Positions 39,248 through 48,718 of a DNA stretch of 64,000 nt are shown one piece after another. Source of the stretch: Acidimicrobiales bacterium (GTDB lineage Bacteria; Actinomycetota; Acidimicrobiia; Acidimicrobiales; Bin134); assembly GCA_965208505.1 (NCBI GenBank), contig OZ242339.1, positions 2,011,162 to 2,075,161 on the forward strand, written 5' to 3'. Each line of letters begins with the position of its first letter. Position 1 is the stretch's first letter. Position numbers and translations under genes: made by a program. The notes under the pieces were generated by a model that saw only the letters and a program-made list of their open reading frames with translations, did not search any database and was not told the DNA's origin.

Positions 39248-40063
39248 CTAGCCGGCCAATTCGCCGAAATCCACCTGGCCGGTGATCATCGAGCCCTGGA
39301 AGGCGTTGTCGATGTTGACGTTCACTCCCGACACGAACGACGCCGCATCCGATCCCAGATAGGCCAGCAGATTGGCCACCTCGGCGGCGGTCACGTAGCG
39401 ACCCCCGGCATTGGCGGCCGTCCAATCGATCATGCCCTCGCCCATGGTCTTCTTGAAGTCGGGCAAAAGCGGGGTGTCGATGGGAGCGGGGCAGGCGCTG
39501 GCGATGCGCACGCCGTTGGCCAGCATCCCCTTGGCGGCCTGCATGGTGAAGATCTGCACGCACTCCTTGGAGAACATGTAGCCATCGGCCACCACCTCGG
39601 GGTGCTCCTCCACCCAGGCCACCGCTTTGTCCCAGTTGTCGATGGACAACAGCTCGGTGATCTCGGCCTGGTGGGCCGGCCAGTTCATCCCCGCGATCGA
39701 CGCGGTGTTGACCACCGCGCCTCCGGCAGGGATCTTGGGCAAAAGGGCATCGGTCAGCCGCATCAGCCCCAGGGTGTTCACCTTCATCACGTCTTCAGGC
39801 GAGAAGGTGGCCGCGATGCCGGCGTTGTTGAACAGCACGTTAACGGGGGCGTCGATGGCCGCGGCCGCCTCGTCCACCGCCACCGGGTCGCCCATGTTGG
39901 TGGGAATGAACCGGGTGATCGGCCCCGCGGGCTCTTTGATGTCCAGCGCGGTGATCGACGCGGCTCCCAAATCGGCCAACAGCTCCACCAGCGCGGCTCC
40001 CACGCCGGAATAGGCGCCGGTGACCACGACGTTGCGGCCTTCGTAGCTCATGGGGTTGGACAT
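39248..40063 (-). CDS. SDR family oxidoreductase
   Basis: Start at MSNPMSYEGRNVVVTGAYSGVG with GGAGG upstream. Contains NNAG. Confidence 0.85.
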   Translation of the reverse strand: MSNPMSYEGRNVVVTGAYSGVGAALVELLADLGAASITALDIKEPAGPITRFIPTNMGDPVAVDEAAAAIDAPVNVLFNNAGIAATFSPEDVMKVNTLGLMRLTDALLPKIPAGGAVVNTASIAGMNWPAHQAEITELLSIDNWDKAVAWVEEHPEVVADGYMFSKECVQIFTMQAAKGMLANGVRIASACPAPIDTPLLPDFKKTMGEGMIDWTAANAGGRYVTAAEVANLLAYLGSDAASFVSGVNVNIDNAFQGSMITGQVDFGELAG

Positions 40064-40159
40064 CGGGGGCCTCCTGGGGGTTGATCGGCTGGCGAATTCT
40101 ACTGCGACAAGTATCGTTGGGGTCACACTGGCGAGCGACGAAGATAGACGGAGGACGCT

Positions 40160-41446
40160 GTGGATTTGAACGACATGATCCTGGTGAGCGTGGACGACCA
40201 CCTGTGCGAGCCGCCCGAGATGTTCGACCAACATCTGCCGGCCAAATGGCGAGATGAGGCCCCAAAAGTCATCCACACCAACTCGGGCGACGACGTGTGG
40301 TCGTTCAACGGCTCGATCATCCCCAATGTGGGGCTGAACGCGGTAGCCGGCCGGCCCAAAGAGGAGTACGGCATCGAGCCCACCGCCTTCGACGAGATGC
40401 GCCCTGGTTGCTACAACGTCCACGACCGGGTCAAGGACATGGACGCCGCCGGGGTGCTGGGCTCCATGTGCTTCCCGTCGTTCCCCGGCTTTGCCGGGCG
40501 GCTGTTCGCCAACCACCCCGACAAGGAGTTCGCCGCCGATCTCATCCGGGCCTACAACGACTGGCACATCCACGAATGGGCCGGGGCCTATCCGGGCCGG
40601 TTCATTCCCATGGCCCTGCCCATGATCTGGAGCGCTGAGGAGTGCGCCGCCGAGGTGCGCCGGGTGGCCGAGCTGGGCTGCCACTCCATGACCTTCACCG
40701 AGAACCCGGCCAAGCTGGGCGAGCCCAGCTTCCACAGCGACTACTGGGACCCGCTGTGGGAGGCGTTCAGCGACACCGGCACCGTGTGCTCCATCCACCT
40801 GGGCTCCTCGGGAGAGATGGTTATCACCGCGCCCGATGCCCCCATGGACGTGATGATCCAGCTTCAGCCCATGAACATCAGCCAAGCCGCCGCCGACCTC
40901 TTGTGGTCGTCAATCCCCCGTCGCTTCCCCGACATAAAGATCGCCCTGTCGGAGGGCGGCACCGGATGGATCCCCTATTTCATGGACCGGGCCGACCGCA
41001 CCTACGACATGCACCATCTGTGGACCGGGCAGGACTTCGACAACCTGCTGCCCAGCGAGGTGTTCCGTCGCAACTTCTTAACCTGCTTCATCAATGATCC
41101 GGTGGGCGTGGTGCTGCGCCACGAGATCGGCATCGACAACATCTGCTGGGAGATGGACTATCCCCACAGCGACTCCACCTGGCCCAACGCCCCCGAACTG
41201 CTGGCCGAGACGCTGACCGGGGTGCCTGACGACGAGGTCGACAAGATGACCCATCTCAACGCCATGTCCTGGTACCAGTACGACCCCTTCGCCCACCGAA
41301 ACCGGGCCGATTGCACCGTGGGGGCGCTGCGAGCCTCGGCTGTTGACCACGACATATCGGTGCAGTCGATGGACAAGGGCCGCCACGAGGGCAAAGACCG
41401 CGACTTGGCCGGGTTCACCAGTCGAAACAAGGGCGTCAACCGCTGA
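40160..41446 (+). CDS. amidohydrolase family protein (amidohydrolase_2 type)
   Basis: 428-aa ORF with GTG start and GGAGGA upstream. VSVDDHLCEPP and DYPHSDSTWP blocks. Confidence 0.8.
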   Translation: MDLNDMILVSVDDHLCEPPEMFDQHLPAKWRDEAPKVIHTNSGDDVWSFNGSIIPNVGLNAVAGRPKEEYGIEPTAFDEMRPGCYNVHDRVKDMDAAGVLGSMCFPSFPGFAGRLFANHPDKEFAADLIRAYNDWHIHEWAGAYPGRFIPMALPMIWSAEECAAEVRRVAELGCHSMTFTENPAKLGEPSFHSDYWDPLWEAFSDTGTVCSIHLGSSGEMVITAPDAPMDVMIQLQPMNISQAAADLLWSSIPRRFPDIKIALSEGGTGWIPYFMDRADRTYDMHHLWTGQDFDNLLPSEVFRRNFLTCFINDPVGVVLRHEIGIDNICWEMDYPHSDSTWPNAPELLAETLTGVPDDEVDKMTHLNAMSWYQYDPFAHRNRADCTVGALRASAVDHDISVQSMDKGRHEGKDRDLAGFTSRNKGVNR

Positions 41447-41549
41447 GGCAGCGCTCAAACTGACTGCTCCGGCCTTCGGAGCTGTGCGCATCGGCATCGA
41501 TAACGGGGGGACATTCACCGACGCGGTCGTGGTTCCTCGGACAGCCGTT

Positions 41550-41972
41550 CTATGGGGCTGGGGCCACAATGAGGCCAATTTGCGAGGCAGCGGTGATGAG
41601 TCGTTGGTCGCCACTAGCGAAAACTGTGTCCATATCGGCAACTGCCTGCGCTGCGGCAAGGTGGACGGCGTCGTAGCCGCGGAGTTGCTGCTCTTCGGCC
41701 AAGGCGCCCGCAGTTCGGGCCAGTCGGTCGGTGATCTCGACGTGATCGACTTGGGTACTGAGGTCGTCAAGCAGCGCAACCGCAGAAACAAGCCCTCCTC
41801 GGGTCAACCGTCCGAGTCGCTGAGCCCGTGCCAACGCTGCTCGGGCCTCGACGTATAGGAGACGCACGCTGACAGTCCGCGTGGCTTCATTCCAAAGTCG
41901 CTCGCAGGAATCAGAATTCGGCTCTTCGATGATCAGGGGGATGAACGCAGACGTATCGAAGTAGACGATCAC
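41550..41972 (-). CDS. vapC: PIN-domain toxin, VapC family
   Basis: 140-aa ORF with MIVYFDTSAFIPLI and conserved acidic residues. 4-nt overlap with the upstream antitoxin gene. Confidence 0.85.
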   Translation of the reverse strand: MIVYFDTSAFIPLIIEEPNSDSCERLWNEATRTVSVRLLYVEARAALARAQRLGRLTRGGLVSAVALLDDLSTQVDHVEITDRLARTAGALAEEQQLRGYDAVHLAAAQAVADMDTVFASGDQRLITAASQIGLIVAPAP

Positions 41973-42226
41973 TGGCGCTGTTCGGCTACGAGGTCGCTCA
42001 CTGTTCCCTTGCTCTTGACCCTGGAGTGGCCCAATCGTGTCTTCGCCACCTGAGCCGGAATAACCAGCCCATCGTCAATCAGCCGGTCGATGGGTCGGGG
42101 CTCATGAAGAGGGACCAAGAGTGCCACTGCCCTCCCGTGATCGGTCACGGTGACCTCGGTCCCTGCTCGAACCGCGGTGAGGTAACGACTCAGATTATCC
42201 CGTAACTCTCGAATACCTGCTTCCAT
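41969..42226 (-). CDS. Phd/YefM-type antitoxin
   Basis: 85-aa ORF. IRELRDNLSRYLTAVRAGTEVTVTDHGRAVALLVP is typical. Confidence 0.8.
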   Translation of the reverse strand: MEAGIRELRDNLSRYLTAVRAGTEVTVTDHGRAVALLVPLHEPRPIDRLIDDGLVIPAQVAKTRLGHSRVKSKGTVSDLVAEQRQ

Positions 42227-42284
42227 GAGATAATTATGGCGCTTTTCACATAAAATATCTAGCCATATTTATTCTGTGGTCGGG

Positions 42285-42647
42285 CTACCAGCGCTGGCCG
42301 CCGGCCACGTTCACCACCAGATCGAGCCGGCCCAGCTCTTTGGCACACCGCTCGACCGCCTCATTTACCTGAGCGGCGTCGGCCACATCAGCCTCCAGCC
42401 GCAGCGCCGCCCGCCCCTCGGCCCGCACCGCATCCACTGTGGCGTCCAACGCCTCTGGAGATGCACAGGCCGAACCGGGGTGGCCAACCTCCACCCGGTC
42501 GGCGCAGGCCACGTCGGCGCAGGCCCGGGCCAGCCGCACCGCAACCGCCCGTCCGATCTCCGGAGGACACGCCGCCCCCATTACCAGCGCCACCTTCCCC
42601 CCGAAGTCATGCATCCCCCCAGCATCCCCCACCGACCCTGCGGCCAT
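42285..42647 (-). pseudogene. SDR oxidoreductase N-terminal fragment
   Basis: 120-aa ORF with GKVALVMGA...NVAGG, ending right after the NNAG-equivalent motif. The catalytic YxxxK part is missing. Confidence 0.6.
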
Positions 42648-42680
42648 CCAGACCAGATGCGGCCCAGCCGCGACATTTAG

Positions 42681-42923
42681 CTAAAGATCAAGCAACTCCA
42701 ACAACTCCTCCACTTTCATCTCGTGATGTGATGCGACGCTCTTGAGAATGCTCGACAATGTTCCGACCTTGACGGGATTGTGCAGGGGAAGCACCTCGTG
42801 GTGCTCTCCGTTTACCTTGGTCGTCACGCGAACGTGCGAGCCGCGCTGTCGAGTGGTCTGATATCCAAGCCTTTGAAGTGCTCTTTGCAGGTCGGCTCCG
42901 CGCACATCGCGCGGCAGCTTCAA
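42681..42923 (-). CDS. hicA: HicA family mRNA-interferase toxin
   Basis: TTG start overlaps the hicB stop. KLPRDVRGADLQRALQRLGYQTTRQRGSHVRV...PLHNPVKVGTLSSILK. Confidence 0.75.
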   Translation of the reverse strand: MKLPRDVRGADLQRALQRLGYQTTRQRGSHVRVTTKVNGEHHEVLPLHNPVKVGTLSSILKSVASHHEMKVEELLELLDL

Positions 42924-43144
42924 AGGACCAAGACCTCGCCGTGAGCAAAGTGCAGGCGGATCAATTTGGGGCGAGCCATTTCCCCGTCGAAATAGCACTC
43001 GAAGGCTTCTCGGATGTTCTTGCGGATTTCTTCGATGGTCTTTCCTTGCGTGTGGATGCCGTAACCAATGGCACTGGCGGAATAACCGCCATCCACCTCA
43101 TCCTCATTGACCTCGAAGACGATCTCCGTCCCAAGTAACGTCAC
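42920..43144 (-). CDS. hicB: HicB-like antitoxin (UPF0150/DUF1902 type)
   Basis: GTG start chosen at 43144. EIVFEVNEDEVDGGYSASAIGYGIHTQGKTIEEIRKNIREAFECYF. Confidence 0.65.
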   Translation of the reverse strand: MTLLGTEIVFEVNEDEVDGGYSASAIGYGIHTQGKTIEEIRKNIREAFECYFDGEMARPKLIRLHFAHGEVLVL

Positions 43145-43212
43145 GCTTCGCAACCTACCCTCGAAGGCTTCTTCTTTCAACCATGTTCTCAACCCGCCAT
43201 TAGGGTGGCGGC

Positions 43213-43722
43213 GTGCAGGTGGGGGCGGCGCACTATCAGATGGCCGGGGGGATTCACCGGATCCCGGTGCCGGACGCGAGCGGGAACCTCCATGCCGCAG
43301 CGTTCGCAGTAACTGGCCCCGACCCGGCGGCGGCACTGGAGGATGTGGGGGCCGAGGTGATGGTGTGTCTGCTCACCGACGCCGAGATTGACATGCGCTT
43401 TCCCGATTACCCCGCATGGCTGGCCAATCCTTCGCCTCACCAGGCCATTCACGTGCCGATGGTCGATCAAGGGGTCACCGGCGACGACAACACCCGCGAA
43501 TTGGTGGACACTATCAACCACCACCTCAACCAGGGCACCGGGGTGATCGTCCACTGCGGCGCCGGGTACGGACGGGCCGGAATCGTGTGCATCTCGGTGC
43601 TCACCTCCCGGGGGATGGATCTCGACCACGCGGTGGCCGCGGTGCGGGCGGCCCGTCCGGCGGCCGGCCCCCAGTCCTCAGCCCAACAGGCTCAGATCAG
43701 CCGCTTGGCCGTAAAGGGCTGA
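43213..43722 (+). CDS. dual-specificity/tyrosine protein phosphatase-like protein
   Basis: 169-aa ORF with the Cys-phosphatase P-loop VHCGAGYGRAG (HCxxGxxR). Confidence 0.7.
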   Translation: MQVGAAHYQMAGGIHRIPVPDASGNLHAAAFAVTGPDPAAALEDVGAEVMVCLLTDAEIDMRFPDYPAWLANPSPHQAIHVPMVDQGVTGDDNTRELVDTINHHLNQGTGVIVHCGAGYGRAGIVCISVLTSRGMDLDHAVAAVRAARPAAGPQSSAQQAQISRLAVKG

Positions 43723-43785
43723 CCTTTTCCAACGGTCACATCAACCGACAGCCATGCGGGCTGAATGGCGTTAGCGCATCTGCGC

Positions 43786-44244
43786 TCAGTAGATGCCCAG
43801 CTCCAAACCGGCGGCCAGGGTCATGCCCAGCTCCCGACAGGCGTTAAGGTGGGCGTCGGCCAGCTCGCCCACGGCCAGCACCGGCGGAGCCACCGCCTTC
43901 CATCCCAGGCCGGTGACCAGGGGCTCCACCGCGCGCGCCGCCCCGGTGCCGTCGTTGCCGGCCCGTACGAAAAGCCCATATGGCCGGCCCCGGGTGTGGT
44001 CGAGGCAGTCGTAGTACACGGTGTCGAAGAAGTGCTTTAGGGCACCGCTCATGTATCCGAAATTTTCCGGTGTGCCCAGCAGATAGCCGTCGGCGGCCAT
44101 CACATCGTCGGCGGTGGCCTCCAGTGCGGCTGCCTGCACCACCTCCACCCCGCCGATGTCGGGATGGCTGGCCCCGGCGACCACTGCTTCGGTCATGGCC
44201 TGGGTGCCCCCGGTCTTGGTGTGGGAAACGACCAGCACTCGCAC
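43786..44244 (-). CDS. flavodoxin-like fold NAD(P)H-dependent oxidoreductase
   Basis: GTG start at VRVLVVSHTKTGGT. GTPENFGYMSGALKHFFD is typical of this fold. Confidence 0.65.
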   Translation of the reverse strand: MRVLVVSHTKTGGTQAMTEAVVAGASHPDIGGVEVVQAAALEATADDVMAADGYLLGTPENFGYMSGALKHFFDTVYYDCLDHTRGRPYGLFVRAGNDGTGAARAVEPLVTGLGWKAVAPPVLAVGELADAHLNACRELGMTLAAGLELGIY

Positions 44245-44423
44245 TGCCCCGACCGTACTCCTGCTTGGATGGTGATTGAGGCCTAACTCGCGGCCGTGCC
44301 CACGTCCATCGAGTCGAACCGGCGGGTGCCCACCAGCCAAGCGGCCAGCCACCCTACTCCCGCCCGGTGTTGGGTAACTTCTTGCCGAAAGGAAGCTGAA
44401 CGGTGATACCGTACACTTGATGG

Positions 44424-44714
44424 GTGAAGGTTCGTTCAGTCCGCCACCGCGGACTACGTCAACTGCTCAGCAACGACAACCCTCGGTTTCTTCCACGCGA
44501 CCTGACCGATCGAGTGCGAAAAATCCTCACGGCTCTGATTCTGGCCAACAGCATGGACGATTTCGCAGCCAATTCTCCTCGTGGGTGGCGAATACACCGG
44601 CTCTCGGGGAACCGACAAGACCAATGGAGCGTCTCAATATCAAGCAATTGGAGAATCACCTTTGAAGAAGAGGGTGGCTATATCGACAGATTGGATTTGG
44701 AGGACTACCACTGA
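44424..44714 (+). CDS. higB: HigB-type toxin (plasmid maintenance system killer family)
   Basis: 96-aa ORF. RHRGLRQLL...GWRIHRLSGNRQDQWSVSISSNWRITFEEEGG..DLEDYH. Confidence 0.85.
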   Translation: MKVRSVRHRGLRQLLSNDNPRFLPRDLTDRVRKILTALILANSMDDFAANSPRGWRIHRLSGNRQDQWSVSISSNWRITFEEEGGYIDRLDLEDYH

Positions 44715-45019
44715 TGCCAATGAACGAAATCGAAATCAACATGACCCCATCGCATCCGGGTGACTTTGTTCGCACTGAGATCATTGAGGAACTCAGCTTG
44801 AGCGTTACCCAGGCTGCCGAGATCCTAGGGGTCCGCCGAGCAACGCTGTCCGATTTGTTGAACGGCAAAGCTGCACTCTCTCCTGATATGGCGCTACGAA
44901 TCGAAAAGGCCTTCGATCTGGGCATGGAGATGCTCCTACGGATGCAGGCATGGTACGACGCCGCGGTGATGCGAGCCCGAGCCGATGAGGTTGACGTCAA
45001 GCGCTACGAGCCTGTCTAG
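44714..45019 (+). CDS. higA: HigA-type HTH antitoxin
   Basis: 101-aa ORF. HPGDFVRTEIIEELSLSVTQAAEILGVRRATLSDLLNGKAALSPDMALRIEKAF. Confidence 0.85.
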   Translation: MPMNEIEINMTPSHPGDFVRTEIIEELSLSVTQAAEILGVRRATLSDLLNGKAALSPDMALRIEKAFDLGMEMLLRMQAWYDAAVMRARADEVDVKRYEPV

Positions 45020-45021
45020 TC

Positions 45022-46053
45022 ATGCGAGCCTGGCGTGTTCATCAATACGGGAGGCCGTCGGAGGCGCTGCGGCTGGACGACATCGACGAGCCGGTGCCTG
45101 AGCCAGGCAAGATCCGGGTGGCACCCACTCGTACGGTGCTGAACTTCAACGAGATCGACGGCTGCCACGGACGCTACCGCACCGTCAACCCCGAGCTCCC
45201 CTACACCTTGGGCATGGAGGTGCTGGGAACGGTTGACGCGGCTGGAGAGGGGGCCGAGGAGTGGCTCGGACGCCGGGTACACGCCACCGCCGAGTCGGCC
45301 TTCGGGGGCTACGCCGACAAGGTGATCGCCCAGCCCGACATGGTGTTCGACGCCCCCGAGTCATTGGACGACACCGAGGCGGCCGCCTTCTTCTTCCCCT
45401 ACCACCTGGCCTGGCTGGGCTTGCACGAGCGGGGTCAGGTCCAGCCCGGAGAATGGGTGCTTATCCACGCCGCGGCCGGTGGGGTGGGCTCGGCCGCGGT
45501 GCAACTGGCGGTGGACGCCGGGGCCCGGGTGATCGGCACCGCGGGCAGCGAGGCCAAGTGCGAGCTGGTGCGCTCCCTGGGAGCCAAGGCCGCGGTGAAC
45601 TACCGCGACGGCGACTTCGCCACCGAGGTGCGGGACATCACCGGCGGGGCCGGAGTCGACCTGGTATTCGACGGAGTGGGGGGCGATGTCACCGAGGCCT
45701 CGCTGCGGTGCATGACCCGGGGCGGACGCCTGATGATCATCGGCTTCGCCAGCAAGATCGAGGCGGAGGATGCCGTCGGCCTCCCCCCGAGGCTGTTGTG
45801 CTTCGGGCAGGTCTCGATCGGAGGGGTGCTGTTGGCCTATAGCAGCAACCCAGCGGTCTATGGCGGCATGGCCGGGTTCAACATCAACCCACGATCGTTG
45901 GGCGACCGGATCCACGACGAGCTCTGCGGGCGGTTGGCCGAGGGTCGGATCGCCCCACTGGTGGGCGGCACCGTGGCCTTTGAGGAACTTCCCTCCGCCC
46001 TCGAGCAGATGGAAGACCGCCTCACCACCGGGCGCATCGTGGTGGTCTACTGA
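45022..46053 (+). CDS. NADPH:quinone oxidoreductase family (MDR) protein
   Basis: 343-aa ORF with AAGGVGSAAVQLA nucleotide-binding motif. Confidence 0.85.
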   Translation: MRAWRVHQYGRPSEALRLDDIDEPVPEPGKIRVAPTRTVLNFNEIDGCHGRYRTVNPELPYTLGMEVLGTVDAAGEGAEEWLGRRVHATAESAFGGYADKVIAQPDMVFDAPESLDDTEAAAFFFPYHLAWLGLHERGQVQPGEWVLIHAAAGGVGSAAVQLAVDAGARVIGTAGSEAKCELVRSLGAKAAVNYRDGDFATEVRDITGGAGVDLVFDGVGGDVTEASLRCMTRGGRLMIIGFASKIEAEDAVGLPPRLLCFGQVSIGGVLLAYSSNPAVYGGMAGFNINPRSLGDRIHDELCGRLAEGRIAPLVGGTVAFEELPSALEQMEDRLTTGRIVVVY

Positions 46054-46115
46054 TCCAAGCCCGGTTCTGGCCCCGCCGGTGGTCGCTTGCCCAACAAACA
46101 AGCCAAAATAGGATC

Positions 46116-47294
46116 ATGACCGACCTCGGGTATCTCGCTTTCGACGCCGACAACCACTATTACGAGGCCACCGACGCCTTCACCCGCCACATCGACCCCA
46201 AGATGGCCAAGCGCTGCATGCAGTGGGCCGACATCGGGGGCAAGCAGCGGCTGATCGTGGCCGGGCGCATCAACCGGTTCATCCCCAACCCCACCTTCGA
46301 CCCGGTGGCCAAGCCCGGCATCCTCGACGAGTACTTCCGGGCCAAGACCTCGGCCAGCGACATGCGCGAGGCCTTCGGCGAGCTAGACCCCATCAGCCCC
46401 GCCTACCGCAACCGCGACGAGCGCCTGGCCCTCATGGACTCCCAGGGGCTGGGCGGGTGCTTCATGTTCCCCACTTTGGGCGTGGGCATGGAGGCCTGTC
46501 TGGAACACGACATAGGGGCCATCACCGCCGCTTTCGGGGCCTTCAACCGCTGGCTCGACGACGACTGGGGCTTCTCCTACCAAGAGCGCCTGTTCACCGC
46601 CCTGTATCTGAGCCTGGTGGACGTCGACTGGGCGCTGGGCGAGCTGGAGTGGGCCGTCGACCGGGGGCTGCGGGTGGTGAACTTCCGGGCCTCCTCGGTG
46701 CCCGACGGCCACGGCAACTACCGCTCTTTGGGCCATCCCGACCACGACCCGGTGTGGCAGTTCCTCAACGACCACGGCGTGTGCGTGTCGTTCCACTCCG
46801 GCGACTCGGGCTACTCGTTCATGAACCACCGCTGGGGGCTCGGCACCGAGACCGAGGCCTTCCGCTACAACCCCCTCCAGAGCCTGTTGTCGCACTCTCC
46901 CATCAGCGACACCATGGCCTCGCTTTTGGCCGACGGGGTGCTGGTGCGGTTCCCCAACCTGCGGGTGGCCACCATCGAGACCGGCTCGTACTGGGTGCGG
47001 CCCCTCATCCAGAAGCTGGCCAAGACCTACGGCCAGCACCGCTACGCCTTCGACGAAGATCCGGTGGAGACTTTCCGCAACCAGGTGTGGGTGTCTCCCT
47101 ACTACGAGGACGACCTGCACGAGCTGGCCGGACTGATCGGCACCGACCACATGCTGTTCGGCTCCGACTACCCCCACGCCGAGGGCCTGGCCGACCCGGT
47201 GTCGTTCGTCAACGACCTCGACGGGTTCAGCGACACCGACGTCCGCCGCATCATGTGCGACAACGGCGCCGGCCTGTCGCAGTTGGCCATCTAG
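46116..47294 (+). CDS. amidohydrolase family protein
   Basis: 392-aa ORF with AFDADNHYYE and GSDYPHAEG blocks. Confidence 0.8.
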   Translation: MTDLGYLAFDADNHYYEATDAFTRHIDPKMAKRCMQWADIGGKQRLIVAGRINRFIPNPTFDPVAKPGILDEYFRAKTSASDMREAFGELDPISPAYRNRDERLALMDSQGLGGCFMFPTLGVGMEACLEHDIGAITAAFGAFNRWLDDDWGFSYQERLFTALYLSLVDVDWALGELEWAVDRGLRVVNFRASSVPDGHGNYRSLGHPDHDPVWQFLNDHGVCVSFHSGDSGYSFMNHRWGLGTETEAFRYNPLQSLLSHSPISDTMASLLADGVLVRFPNLRVATIETGSYWVRPLIQKLAKTYGQHRYAFDEDPVETFRNQVWVSPYYEDDLHELAGLIGTDHMLFGSDYPHAEGLADPVSFVNDLDGFSDTDVRRIMCDNGAGLSQLAI

Positions 47295-47343
47295 CCGGAC
47301 CCGAGCCGGCCGCATCCTCTTCCCCAACTGAAAGGGGCCTCAC

Positions 47344-48648
47344 ATGGCCTGGGATTTCGAGACCGAGCCCGAGTTCCAGGAGCAACTCGACTGGACTCGG
47401 GCGTTTCTAGATGAGCACATTCTGCCGCTGGAGACCATCGAGCTAGAGGTGACCGACGAGCAGTGGGCCGCGCTGACTGCCCCGCTCAAGCAGCAGGTTA
47501 AGGCCCGAGGGCTGTGGGCCTGCCATCTCGACCCCGAACTCGGAGGCCAGGGCTTCGGCCAGGTGAAGCTGGGGTTGATGCACGAGATCTTGGGCCGGTC
47601 ATCGATCGCGCCGGCCATCTTCGGCAACAACGCCCCCGATTCAGGCAACGCCGAGCTGTTGGCCATCGGCGGCAACGAAGAGCAGAAGAAGAAGTGGATG
47701 GAGCCGCTGTTGGCCGGGGATCTGCGGTCGGGGTTCTCCATGACCGAGCCCGACACCGCCGGCTCCGACCCCACCCTGCTGGAGACCTCCGCGGTGCGCG
47801 ACGGCGACACCTGGGTCATCAACGGCCACAAGTGGTTCACCTCTGGTGGATCAGGGGCCGATTTCCTGATCGCCATGGTGGTGACCAACCCCGACGTCCA
47901 CCCCTACCAGGGATCGTCGATGATCGTGGTGCCCACCGACACACCGGGCCTGGAGATCGTGCGGGACGTGCCCAACATGCACCACCCCTACCCCGGCCAG
48001 TTCGCCCGCCACCCCATGGGCCACTCCGAGGTGATCTACCGCGACGTTCGGGTGCCAGCCGAGAACCTGATCGGCAACCCCGGCGACGGCTTCGTTCTGG
48101 CCCAGAAGCGCCTAGGCCCCGGGCGCATCCACCACGCCATGCGCTGGATCGGCCAGTCGCAGCGGGCTCTCGACATGATGTGCGAGCGGGCCCTGTCCCG
48201 GTTCGCCCACGGGAGCCTGCTGGCCGACAAGCAGATGGTGCAGGACTTCATCGCCGATACCCGCATCGACATCGCCTCGGCCCGGCTGCTGTGCCTGCAC
48301 GCCGCCTGGCACATGGACAAGCACGGGTCCTCAGCGTCCAGAACCGAGATCGCCATGATCAAGGTGTACGGCACCAAGATGCTGTACAACGCCATCGACC
48401 GTTCCATCCAAGTCCACGGCGCCCTGGGCTACTCCGCCGACATGCCCCTAGAGGAGATGTACCGCAACGCCCGGGCCTCCCGGCTGGTGGACGGGGCCGA
48501 CGAGGTACACAAAGTGTCCATCGCCCGCCGCACCCTCAAGGAGCACGCCGCGGTAGACGGCCACCCCACCGAGCACATCCCCACCCGCCGAGCCGCCGCC
48601 CTAGAGCGCTTCGCCGACCTCCTCGACATCGAGGTCATGAACAGCTAG
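47344..48648 (+). CDS. acyl-CoA dehydrogenase
   Basis: 434-aa ORF with FSMTEPDTAGSD and the C-terminal VHGALGYS...DGADEVHK block. Confidence 0.9.
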   Translation: MAWDFETEPEFQEQLDWTRAFLDEHILPLETIELEVTDEQWAALTAPLKQQVKARGLWACHLDPELGGQGFGQVKLGLMHEILGRSSIAPAIFGNNAPDSGNAELLAIGGNEEQKKKWMEPLLAGDLRSGFSMTEPDTAGSDPTLLETSAVRDGDTWVINGHKWFTSGGSGADFLIAMVVTNPDVHPYQGSSMIVVPTDTPGLEIVRDVPNMHHPYPGQFARHPMGHSEVIYRDVRVPAENLIGNPGDGFVLAQKRLGPGRIHHAMRWIGQSQRALDMMCERALSRFAHGSLLADKQMVQDFIADTRIDIASARLLCLHAAWHMDKHGSSASRTEIAMIKVYGTKMLYNAIDRSIQVHGALGYSADMPLEEMYRNARASRLVDGADEVHKVSIARRTLKEHAAVDGHPTEHIPTRRAAALERFADLLDIEVMNS

Positions 48649-48718
48649 AGGTTGGCCATTTCAGAGCCATTTTCCGAAGTGCACGACTCTGCATTTCAAG
48701 GGTGGTATATTTTCCGGT

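Noticed and set aside
40064-40885. Upstream 274 residues of the 545-aa ORF containing the SDR gene.
   Set aside because: It is antisense to the amidohydrolase gene at 40160-41446. The SDR has its own ATG at 40063, a GGAGG RBS and the canonical TGxxxGxG N-terminus.
41476-41492. Small hairpin gctccg-gcctt-cggagc downstream of the amidohydrolase gene as a terminator.
   Set aside because: The stem is only 6 bp with no U-tract, so it is indistinguishable from chance in G+C-rich DNA.
42227-42284. A/T-rich spacer next to the vapBC-type module as a possible att site or operator.
   Set aside because: It contains only short imperfect inverted repeats (atggc ... gccat). No matching second copy is seen in the window, so there is insufficient support for an att site.
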